Under the pieces are notes generated by a model, which was given only the letters and a program-made list of their open reading frames with translations, was not told the origin of the DNA and searched no databases. From a virus, in the UHGV virus genome UHGV-0027446: 44,346 bases of DNA, one strand, 5' to 3'. Of this stretch, positions 7,849 through 15,023 are shown one piece after another. Each line of letters begins with the position of its first letter. Within the stretch, counting starts at the first letter, position 1. The translations under genes and the position numbers were made by a program.

Positions 7849-10800
7849 AACGCTTCATCTCCGCGCCTTCCGCTACAAGAGGGAAGCCCTCTGCCCATTC
7901 CGGCAATTCGCACATCAACCGCCCAAGCTCTGCGACATTGTATTCTGGTAAATCTGGCGTCTCGCAGATAATCTCATCGTGAACATGAAGCACAATAGGA
8001 TAGCCGTTTGCCTCTACGTTCAGCAGTGCATTAGCCAGCAAATCACGGCACAGCGCCTGAGTGCAGTTTTCCACCAGTTTACCAGAGTAGGTGTACTGGA
8101 AACCCCACTGCCGTGTTAACTGGTTTTCACCCTGGTACTTGATGCGGACGTTAGTAGACACCTTCCCGTCTTCGTCTGTCTCTTTAGACACGCTTAACCC
8201 GACTCCGGGGTAAGACATAACGCGGCCCGACGGCAGCGTCATGCGCAACCACCAACCAGCGACTTTGTTGCCGTTGCTATCTGTCTCTACGTTGCGCGAA
8301 AATTTAACGCCGCGTGGCCCTGCAGTGAACTCTTTGCCAGGATTACGGATAGCCGCCATAGCCGCATCTTCAATATCCCGCCAGAACGCTACTGTTTCCG
8401 GGTGTGACTCACGCCACATGCGCTTGATAGCGTCGCAGGTACGCCACACTTTCTTATCAAGAATATACGATGGTCGGTCATCCTTTTCACCGGGCCGCGG
8501 AGGTCGCTTGGCTTCCTGAATACGCGCCCATTCATATCCGCGTGCAGTAGCGGCCCATATATGGTCGGGGAAAGTACCGTCCATTGTTTTAGCCATATCA
8601 ACAAGATTTAAGCCGAGGTTTTTAGCAAACTGAACGAAAGCGCCGACGCCGCCTGCGTAGCCGAGGCCCAATTCACAGTTATGCGCCACAAGAAAGCCAG
8701 AGTCTGACGCTATAAGAAAACGGTTACCGTCTTCCACATCAATCAGGTCGTAAACCGGCTCGCAGTAGGTTAATTTCCCGTTCAAGCTCAGCAATGCGGG
8801 CAACGGCTGCATCATATTTTCGTTGAAGCTCGGGTATTTGCCGCCTGTTACGGCAGTTTTCAGAACGGCTGACAAACCGAATGTTTCCAGGTTCGTAGTT
8901 ACCGTCTGTGTCGATTCTGTCCATTTCGAGGTTTGGGTCGTCCCAGCCTTCCAGAGTTTGAACATATCTAAGAAACGACCTTTTATCAGTCCTCCACTGG
9001 TTAAATACCGTGATGCCCCTGGCGCCATAGTTTTTATAGCCTTTGTCATTAGGTTTTGTTGTTCGCGATATCGCCGCGGACAGCCGGTTGAGCAATCGCG
9101 CTCTGTGACTGTCATCTGGCATCGCATCCTCGTAACAGAAATACTGTTTACGATATTTTTTTGTTGCTTCAAGTGCGCAGCGGTTACATTGAGTGGTTTT
9201 ACCTCTTCTAACATTGTCGTACCCGACGCGCCCCGGAATCTCTCCGCAATCACATTGAGCAAGTAGTTGTCTATGACCTTGTCGTTTTGGTAACTCGCGC
9301 AGGATAACCAGGCGTCCATACCTCTCTCCAGGGCGAGGCCCATCATATATTTGTTTGAAACGAGTTGCTTTGCCGCCTTCCAGGAATGCGTCAATATTTT
9401 GTGGTCTTCGGTCATTAGAACCCCGTCCACATTTATCACTGGTTTCCACCCCATAAGGTGCGCGCCTTTTGTATTCACCCATTTTTCACCGTTCCATACT
9501 TTATCTGTTGATGTAACCGCCATAATATCCTTAAATCCACCATCGGTCAAAACTTGGGTATGGCGGTGAAGACAGGCCTTGCCAATCTGGCGCAGGTCAC
9601 TACGGCTTTCGAGAATGTAATCGGGGTCCATTCCGAACATCTTACCCGCAGTTACACAGTAAATATCCAGTCCCGCACGGAAAGTATCGAGAGCGGTTTC
9701 TTCTCCCGCCAGCCATGCCAACCCGCGTCCTTCAACGTTAGAGTAATCGGCGACTACAAACTTATGTCCGGCTTCCGGTATGATGCAGCTACGCACCGTC
9801 GATGCCGTTAGTTTGGCCACATCAAAACGGCGATGCGCACGGCCTTTAAACAACAGGTCGATTCCGTAGGACAATGGGTGTGTTACTCGCCACCAGTCCT
9901 TCTCTGACATCCAGTCATAGCGTACTTTCTTCTTTTTATTCTTCGGGTCGTCGTGATAGTACCCGCGCGCCAGGTTCTGCGGCTGAAAGCCTTTGCCCGC
10001 AAATCGTAATGTACGCTTCGCTCCGCCATACTGGATGCAACCACGACGGCGGTCGTCCGACGAGCGGCCCAACAGCAGCGGGTTATATTTCGTTGACGCG
10101 GTAGACGCGGCTCCGAGGCGCATTTCGATAATCATGCGGGCGTCGTCCGGTAAATCATCATCCGCCAACAAGTCATTCAGCGTTGACTTCTGCGCGTTGT
10201 GGATGCGGTGCGCGGGTGCGAGTTCACGCAGAATCGGCAGAAAGTCTTTACCAGTAAGCGAGCCGCCGTATTTTCGTTGGGCTTCTTCCTGTAACTGCGC
10301 TTTGTGTTTCTCCACGGCTTCAATCGCGGCTTCTGCCAGCGCGACGTCTACCTTAAACCCTCGGTCATTGATTAACTGGTCCAGCTCAAGTACACGGTCC
10401 TCGAACTCTGAGTTACCCCACCGCGGCAGCTTATGGAAGACTTCACGCATCGCAGTGATGTCGCTCACGGCGTACTTGATGAACAGCGCCCACTCGTCCG
10501 GGTGTGTTTCGGCGGTGTAGCGGCGGATTTTGTAGTTCTTCGGCGTAGGTTTAGAAAAACGCTGAATCAGCGCCTTGCCGCGTTTGTCTTTTGCGTTGTC
10601 TGCGGACACGCCCAACACTTCGCACAAAGCATCAAGTGAACCCGGCAGCGCGTGACGAAACGCCCAAATCATCGTATCAATGGTGTTGTTTACCGGAATA
10701 TCAAAACCCCAGCAGTGTTTCATGATGAGCCTGTCGAACATTGAACCGTTGTGCCACACCATCTTGATACGGCTGTTCGGTTTAACCAGACGGCGTAGCG

Positions 10801-10987
10801 CGCGGTGCAAATCGCCAGGCATGTCGCTGCCGTCTGTGCAGTCCCATACCTGTACGGGCTCGTCGTCAAAAGCATAAGTACAGATGAGCACTTCGGTTGA
10901 CGGGTGTTCGGCGTAAGCGTAGGAACCGACTTTCTTTAAATCGACTCCGGAGAATGTTTCAAAGTCTAAGTAGAGTAATTCTGGCAT
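7838..10987 (-). CDS. family-A DNA polymerase with 3'-5' exonuclease domain, interrupted by an intein
   Basis: Exo I motif YLDFETFS; motif A VVADYSNVEGR; motif B split by a 299-codon insertion; likely start at ATG (MPELLYLDFE), track ORF extends to TTG at 11017. Confidence 0.85.
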   Translation of the reverse strand: MPELLYLDFETFSGVDLKKVGSYAYAEHPSTEVLICTYAFDDEPVQVWDCTDGSDMPGDLHRALRRLVKPNSRIKMVWHNGSMFDRLIMKHCWGFDIPVNNTIDTMIWAFRHALPGSLDALCEVLGVSADNAKDKRGKALIQRFSKPTPKNYKIRRYTAETHPDEWALFIKYAVSDITAMREVFHKLPRWGNSEFEDRVLELDQLINDRGFKVDVALAEAAIEAVEKHKAQLQEEAQRKYGGSLTGKDFLPILRELAPAHRIHNAQKSTLNDLLADDDLPDDARMIIEMRLGAASTASTKYNPLLLGRSSDDRRRGCIQYGGAKRTLRFAGKGFQPQNLARGYYHDDPKNKKKKVRYDWMSEKDWWRVTHPLSYGIDLLFKGRAHRRFDVAKLTASTVRSCIIPEAGHKFVVADYSNVEGRGLAWLAGEETALDTFRAGLDIYCVTAGKMFGMDPDYILESRSDLRQIGKACLHRHTQVLTDGGFKDIMAVTSTDKVWNGEKWVNTKGAHLMGWKPVINVDGVLMTEDHKILTHSWKAAKQLVSNKYMMGLALERGMDAWLSCASYQNDKVIDNYLLNVIAERFRGASGTTMLEEVKPLNVTAAHLKQQKNIVNSISVTRMRCQMTVTERDCSTGCPRRYREQQNLMTKAIKTMAPGASRYLTSGGLIKGRFLDMFKLWKAGTTQTSKWTESTQTVTTNLETFGLSAVLKTAVTGGKYPSFNENMMQPLPALLSLNGKLTYCEPVYDLIDVEDGNRFLIASDSGFLVAHNCELGLGYAGGVGAFVQFAKNLGLNLVDMAKTMDGTFPDHIWAATARGYEWARIQEAKRPPRPGEKDDRPSYILDKKVWRTCDAIKRMWRESHPETVAFWRDIEDAAMAAIRNPGKEFTAGPRGVKFSRNVETDSNGNKVAGWWLRMTLPSGRVMSYPGVGLSVSKETDEDGKVSTNVRIKYQGENQLTRQWGFQYTYSGKLVENCTQALCRDLLANALLNVEANGYPIVLHVHDEIICETPDLPEYNVAELGRLMCELPEWAEGFPLVAEGAEMKRYAK
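8678..9574 (-). mobile_element. intein inserted in polymerase motif B
   Basis: Starts CLHRHTQVLTDGG (block A), has LMTEDHKILT (block B), ends YDLIDVEDGNRFLIASDSGFLVAHN with Cys at +1; excision restores RQIGKA-CELGLGYAGG. Confidence 0.7.
8739..9482 (-). CDS. HNH homing endonuclease, encoded in an alternative frame within the intein
   Basis: 247-codon ORF, same strand as polymerase but a different frame; YGRLVIL, QCDCGEIPGRVGYDNVRRGKTTQCNRC, KGYKNYGARGITVFNQW, LEMDRIDTDGNYEPGNIRFVSRSENCRNRR. Confidence 0.55.
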   Translation of the reverse strand: MGEYKRRAPYGVETSDKCGRGSNDRRPQNIDAFLEGGKATRFKQIYDGPRPGERYGRLVILRELPKRQGHRQLLAQCDCGEIPGRVGYDNVRRGKTTQCNRCALEATKKYRKQYFCYEDAMPDDSHRARLLNRLSAAISRTTKPNDKGYKNYGARGITVFNQWRTDKRSFLRYVQTLEGWDDPNLEMDRIDTDGNYEPGNIRFVSRSENCRNRRQIPELQRKYDAAVARIAELEREINLLRAGLRPD

Positions 10988-11007
10988 GGTATTTCGACCC
11001 TTAGTAA

Positions 11008-11027
11008 AAAGGCCCAATGAAGGGCCT
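11008..11027 (-). terminator. intercistronic hairpin / attenuator between SSB-like gene and polymerase gene
   Basis: AAGGCCC-loop-GGGCCTT followed on the minus-strand transcript by UUUUUACU; lies in the 30-nt gap just upstream of the polymerase RBS. Confidence 0.45.
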
Positions 11028-11047
11028 TAGTTAAATTGATTCAGATA

Positions 11048-11674
11048 TTAACGGCGGCGACGTTCGCGGCGCGGTGCTTCATCGTCTTCATCGTCTTCCA
11101 GGTCATTGACGCTTGCGACAACTTTAGAACCGCCAAACGCTTTACCTTCACCAACGTATTTAATTCCCAGCAGCTTAACACCGAGGACTTTATATTTCTG
11201 GCTGAACCAGATTTCAACGCTTACGTTAGCGACGCATCCGCTGTAAACCTGTTCGCCTTCAATCTGTTCACCGTCTACATTGAAGTCCTGTTCTACCTGA
11301 GTCTCACCTTTTTTAGAGGTTATAATCAGAGGCTGTTTCTGTGCCTTCGCTTTGAAGTAGAAACCTTCCGGGAAGTCTTCAAACGGATTGTCGCGCTCGG
11401 CAATGTCTTTAATAGCGCATTTATCCATGTGCTTACCTTCGCCGTAGTTGGACCGCATCCACTTCTCGGCAGCGGCGGCACCTAACGCTTCTTCAACTAC
11501 AGCGTAAACAGTATCGTATAGCGCATTAATTTGAGCGTGGTCCGGCGTCAGGATAATCGTTGCGCTGTACTGGCCTTTAGTGATTGAGCCATCATCGTTT
11601 TCACGGTCTTTTTCTCGTTCAAATACGTTAACCCAAGCAGTGTTTACTTTACGCAGATTTAATGTCAGTCCCAT
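11048..11674 (-). CDS. putative single-stranded DNA-binding protein
   Basis: Adjacent to RecB-like exonuclease and polymerase; acidic C-terminal stretch DLEDDEDDE; assignment by context and composition. Confidence 0.4.
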   Translation of the reverse strand: MGLTLNLRKVNTAWVNVFEREKDRENDDGSITKGQYSATIILTPDHAQINALYDTVYAVVEEALGAAAAEKWMRSNYGEGKHMDKCAIKDIAERDNPFEDFPEGFYFKAKAQKQPLIITSKKGETQVEQDFNVDGEQIEGEQVYSGCVANVSVEIWFSQKYKVLGVKLLGIKYVGEGKAFGGSKVVASVNDLEDDEDDEAPRRERRRR

Positions 11675-11733
11675 CTTGATTTCTCGCTTTTAAGTTTCGT
11701 TTACTCCGGGAAGCTGCCCGGCCAGTGATTAGA

Positions 11734-11762
11734 ACTATAATAGCTAACTATTCAGGTGTCAA
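11734..11762 (-). promoter_or_regulatory. sigma70-type promoter, family A (TTGACA-N17-TATAGT)
   Basis: Minus-strand TTGACA cctgaatagttagctat TATAGT; spacer nearly identical to promoter at 14400. Confidence 0.5.
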
Positions 11763-11766
11763 CACT

Positions 11767-13008
11767 TTATTCTAAATCCTCCTCGGTTGCCTGATTCCAC
11801 TCAGGACGTTTGTCGTCCGCCGTTGCGACGCATGGTGCTCCGGGCTTACGGATAATGAAGTCTTTCAGTTCTTCTTCCGGTATTACTTTAACCGCTTCGG
11901 TCGGTGACATGAGCACTTCTTTAGTCAGCTTGTCGCCGTAGAGTTCTGCTACTTTCTCTGCGTCTTTCCACGCACGATTGCCCATCTTACCTTCTACCAG
12001 CTTGTACCCCGGCACTTTCTTACCAGAATGCAAAGCGGCAGCCATAGCTTTCTCAACCTTGTCTATGTGCTGGCGCAATAGCGGCAACTTCTCATACTCA
12101 GCTACGAGTTGCTCTGGCGTAAGTTCCAGCACAAAGTCGTCTTCCAGTTCTTCTGCCAGTACCGCGTTAACGGTTTTTGTACGCGCGGCGCACTGTTCAG
12201 AGAACCGGCACCACTGGCAACCATCGACCGACGGCCTGAAATCCGATGCTTTCAGGTTCTTCTTACCGCGGAAGTACGCATCAAGGGCTAACAGCGCGCG
12301 TTTCTGTGCGAACTTAGCGAACAGTTCCAGACCTTCAACCGAGATATCCCACTCCGACGCACCTCCGGCATACGGCTGGAAGATTACCAGACGAACCGTT
12401 GTTATGTTATAACGTCTCTTGAGTCGGCGATAAACACCGAGAGCGTAAAGCATAAGCTGCTTGTTTTCCTTCGCTTCGACACGATGCCGTCCTGTTTTCA
12501 GGTCACCAATAATAAGCATGTGCTCGTCGGTGTTAGCCAGTTCCTGCACGGCAACGAGGTCAGCGGTTCCGAACGTCTCGACGCCTTCGTAACCCGGATG
12601 CAGCACCTCAGTAAGATTGACGCGCATCTCGAGCTTGACGTAAGTCGCCACGTCAATAATCGCTTTGCAGTAATCGGTGTACTTTGTACACTGGTCAATC
12701 ATGTCCGCCGTAATCAGTACCGCGCCTTTCATCGGACTGATTAGCGCCTTAATCAGGCCTTTACCCTCGTCCAGCACGTAAGCACCGACTTCCCGCACTA
12801 AAGGCAACGCAGTTCCTTTAATGTACTGATTCAGGTGAATCTCAGATATCGTGTGCATAGCCGTGCCTGATACGGCAGCTTTGCCTGACGTGTTAGGAAT
12901 GTCTTTTTCACAGGCCAGTGATGCGGCGCAACTTAGCCACTTTTTAGCGCCGGACGGCGACAGCAGAGCGTGTACATCATTATTGCCGCCGCGTTCTTTT
13001 AGTTTCAT
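11767..13008 (-). CDS. RecB/Cas4-family PD-(D/E)XK exonuclease
   Basis: GTADLV...IIGDLKTG nuclease core and C-terminal Cys cluster CQWCRFSEQC; ATGA coupling to upstream gene. Confidence 0.6.
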   Translation of the reverse strand: MKLKERGGNNDVHALLSPSGAKKWLSCAASLACEKDIPNTSGKAAVSGTAMHTISEIHLNQYIKGTALPLVREVGAYVLDEGKGLIKALISPMKGAVLITADMIDQCTKYTDYCKAIIDVATYVKLEMRVNLTEVLHPGYEGVETFGTADLVAVQELANTDEHMLIIGDLKTGRHRVEAKENKQLMLYALGVYRRLKRRYNITTVRLVIFQPYAGGASEWDISVEGLELFAKFAQKRALLALDAYFRGKKNLKASDFRPSVDGCQWCRFSEQCAARTKTVNAVLAEELEDDFVLELTPEQLVAEYEKLPLLRQHIDKVEKAMAAALHSGKKVPGYKLVEGKMGNRAWKDAEKVAELYGDKLTKEVLMSPTEAVKVIPEEELKDFIIRKPGAPCVATADDKRPEWNQATEEDLE

Positions 13009-13352
13009 CGTACCCCCGCCAGATATAAGTTTAACGCCTGTAATTGTTCTTCTGTTGGTATGAAAGAATCATCACGATGTAAATCGCTCAACTGCTGCAA
13101 CATTCCAGCGAACTGGCGTCTTGCATCAACAGCAGCCATGTGATGCTTTTCACTTTTATATATTAATGTTTTCGGATAATCCTCAAGCCTACCAGACGAT
13201 TTATTTACTCGGAGCGCACGAGCTTCGTGCGCAATGTGGATGTACTTTTTGCCGTTTTGCAACACGGTAGCGACGCCACTGTTTTTTCTTCGGTCCCCGA
13301 CTGTGTACACTTTGTCGCCTTGACGGAGATTAAGCCACCATTTATCGGTCAT
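13005..13352 (-). CDS. hypothetical protein
   Basis: ORF with GGGAGG SD before internal ATG (MTDKWW); ATGA coupling both sides. Confidence 0.4.
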   Translation of the reverse strand: MTDKWWLNLRQGDKVYTVGDRRKNSGVATVLQNGKKYIHIAHEARALRVNKSSGRLEDYPKTLIYKSEKHHMAAVDARRQFAGMLQQLSDLHRDDSFIPTEEQLQALNLYLAGVR

Positions 13353-13621
13353 ACCCGGACCTCCCACTGGTCGATTAAATGCCGTGTCTGGTGATGGCAG
13401 TGCGTAGCCCAGCTATACATCGACTCGAAGACATAAAAGTCAGGCTTGGCGAAAGTCGTGCGCTTAATCTGCGACAAGTGACGGCCTATATCTTTAGGCC
13501 GCGGTACTTTGCCTAAGTAAGCCATCTCTTCCATCGGGTTAGCACCAGATGGCGCACGTAACAGCCATAGCGCCTCTGTGTCATCCCGCCTGTCTACGGC
13601 GCGGTAGAGTTGATAAATCAT
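13349..13621 (-). CDS. hypothetical protein
   Basis: ORF-track ORF 13349..13648; probable start at internal ATG after GAGGGT. Confidence 0.35.
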   Translation of the reverse strand: MIYQLYRAVDRRDDTEALWLLRAPSGANPMEEMAYLGKVPRPKDIGRHLSQIKRTTFAKPDFYVFESMYSWATHCHHQTRHLIDQWEVRV

Positions 13622-13821
13622 TTCTTTACCCTCACAGAATCCATCCACGCGAAAACGTCATCCATAGAAAAATCACCGTCGAAAACTTTTTGTGTTTTAT
13701 CCGACTTTTGCACATACGTAGGGCGTTTATTATCTACCGCGTGGAAGCATACGAAGTTATCCGTTTCTTCTATAACTCGCCCTGAAATAATAAGACCACT
13801 TTTCTTAGCTAAAATAGCCAT
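13618..13821 (-). CDS. hypothetical protein
   Basis: 67-codon ORF with GAGGGTCGG SD; preceded by GCGGCC-TTAG-GGCCGC hairpin. Confidence 0.35.
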   Translation of the reverse strand: MAILAKKSGLIISGRVIEETDNFVCFHAVDNKRPTYVQKSDKTQKVFDGDFSMDDVFAWMDSVRVKK

Positions 13822-13864
13822 AATTCCGACCCTCAGTTAAAGCGGCCCTAAGGCCGCAAGACAG

Positions 13865-14368
13865 TTATTCTTCTTCGAAATACTTGTTCTTGATTGCCGT
13901 CAGGCGTTCCAGGTATTCGGCCAAGTTTTCGTCTTTAATCGCGGCAATCTTCATCTTTTTACCAGTGAACTCTTCCAGCAGTTCATCAGAATCATCGCAC
14001 GCGGCATCGCTAGGACCTTCGTTAATCGCATCGTCGATAGCCTGAATCTGGTCACGCAGAGACTTATAATCGACCCCTTCTTCCGTTTCCGGCGTCGGTT
14101 CCTCTACTTTAGCTTTACGCGGCTTGCGTTTCGGCTTCTCTTCTTCTTCTGCCGGTTTAGTGTCAACGATGTCTTCACCTTCGATAGGGATTTCTTTCCC
14201 GACGCCAGTACCAGGGTCGACTTCAAGTACCTCTCCCGTAACCGATACGTCCACAAGCATTTCACCTACATGCTCAGTTTGGTGCACGGGGCGTTTTGCG
14301 ATATTCGCGGCAATCAGTTCATGTGCAACTACGAAACGTTCCAGTAATTTTAAGAATTGGTCTAACAT
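13865..14368 (-). CDS. acidic hypothetical protein, first gene of leftward early operon
   Basis: GAGGAGAG SD; highly acidic (E/D-rich) product; directly downstream of promoter 14400..14429. Confidence 0.45.
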   Translation of the reverse strand: MLDQFLKLLERFVVAHELIAANIAKRPVHQTEHVGEMLVDVSVTGEVLEVDPGTGVGKEIPIEGEDIVDTKPAEEEEKPKRKPRKAKVEEPTPETEEGVDYKSLRDQIQAIDDAINEGPSDAACDDSDELLEEFTGKKMKIAAIKDENLAEYLERLTAIKNKYFEEE

Positions 14369-14399
14369 TTGTTTCTCTCCTCTCGTTTGGTATGGGTTA

Positions 14400-14429
14400 A
14401 CTATAATAGCTAACTATTCATTATGTCAA
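14400..14429 (-). promoter_or_regulatory. sigma70-type promoter, family A (TTGACA-N18-TATAGT), leftward
   Basis: Minus-strand TTGACA taatgaatagttagctat TATAGT; divergent from Cro-like gene promoter. Confidence 0.5.
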
Positions 14430-14433
14430 TGGG

Positions 14434-14462
14434 CTTTTCTAAAATAATTAATATGGTACTAT
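14434..14462 (+). promoter_or_regulatory. extended -10 promoter (TGgTACTAT) for Cro-like gene
   Basis: TG at -15/-14 plus TACTAT; weak -35; 30 nt upstream of AGGAG SD. Confidence 0.45.
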
Positions 14463-14493
14463 TCACATATCAACTGACTAAGGAGTAATTGAC

Positions 14494-14709
14494 ATGCAAC
14501 CATCTGAACTAGGTATCCGTGTAGAACAACGCCGTAAAGAACTCGGCATCTCCCAGCGCCGTCTGGCTGTCCTGACCGGGGTTTCCCAGGGCGCAATTAA
14601 CCAGCTGGCTCTCGGTGTAACTCAGGACGTCCGTCCGGCGACGCTGTTTAAACTGGCGGAAGTGCTGCAAGTAGACGCCAAGTGGTTGGTGTTAGGTGAA
14701 GGGGCTTAA
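14494..14709 (+). CDS. HTH XRE-family (Cro-like) transcriptional regulator
   Basis: ELGISQRRLAVLTGVSQGAINQL helix-turn-helix; AAGGAG SD; lone plus-strand gene in divergent promoter region. Confidence 0.7.
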   Translation: MQPSELGIRVEQRRKELGISQRRLAVLTGVSQGAINQLALGVTQDVRPATLFKLAEVLQVDAKWLVLGEGA

Positions 14710-14726
14710 CGCCCCTTTCTTTTTAT
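14700..14726. terminator. rho-independent terminator (AGGGGC-TTAAC-GCCCCT + T-run)
   Basis: Hairpin overlaps Cro-like stop codon, followed by TTTCTTTTTAT. Confidence 0.55.
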
Positions 14727-15023
14727 CTATTCCAAATTCTTAATCGTGTGTTGCACATTCAGGTACTGAATCCAGGCGAAAAACCATACGCTCACCGGAA
14801 AACTAACCGCGGCAGCCGTTCTGAAAACCATGTGGGCGGTACACGCTACAATTTCCTTTAACGTCATATCCAGAACATGGCGCAATTCTGCAACTTCCTC
14901 TAACGCTAGCCTGCAAACAGGCCACCATTGGTGGGCTACACAAGAAACACATGTCAGGTATGACGGGCGGTATCCGGCCCTAACTGCTTTAAACGGGTTA
15001 TCTATAAAATCGTAAATATTCAT
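14727..15023 (-). CDS. hypothetical protein
   Basis: 98-codon ORF; ATG overlaps primase stop (ATGA); SD GAGGAGGA lies within primase C-terminal codons. Confidence 0.4.
   Translation of the reverse strand: MNIYDFIDNPFKAVRAGYRPSYLTCVSCVAHQWWPVCRLALEEVAELRHVLDMTLKEIVACTAHMVFRTAAAVSFPVSVWFFAWIQYLNVQHTIKNLE

Noticed and set aside
9993-10520. Plus-strand ORFs (9993..10520, 8823..9266 and others) opposite the DNA polymerase gene
   Set aside because: Antisense to a motif-supported polymerase ORF; Ser/Arg-rich low-complexity products; no translation signals.
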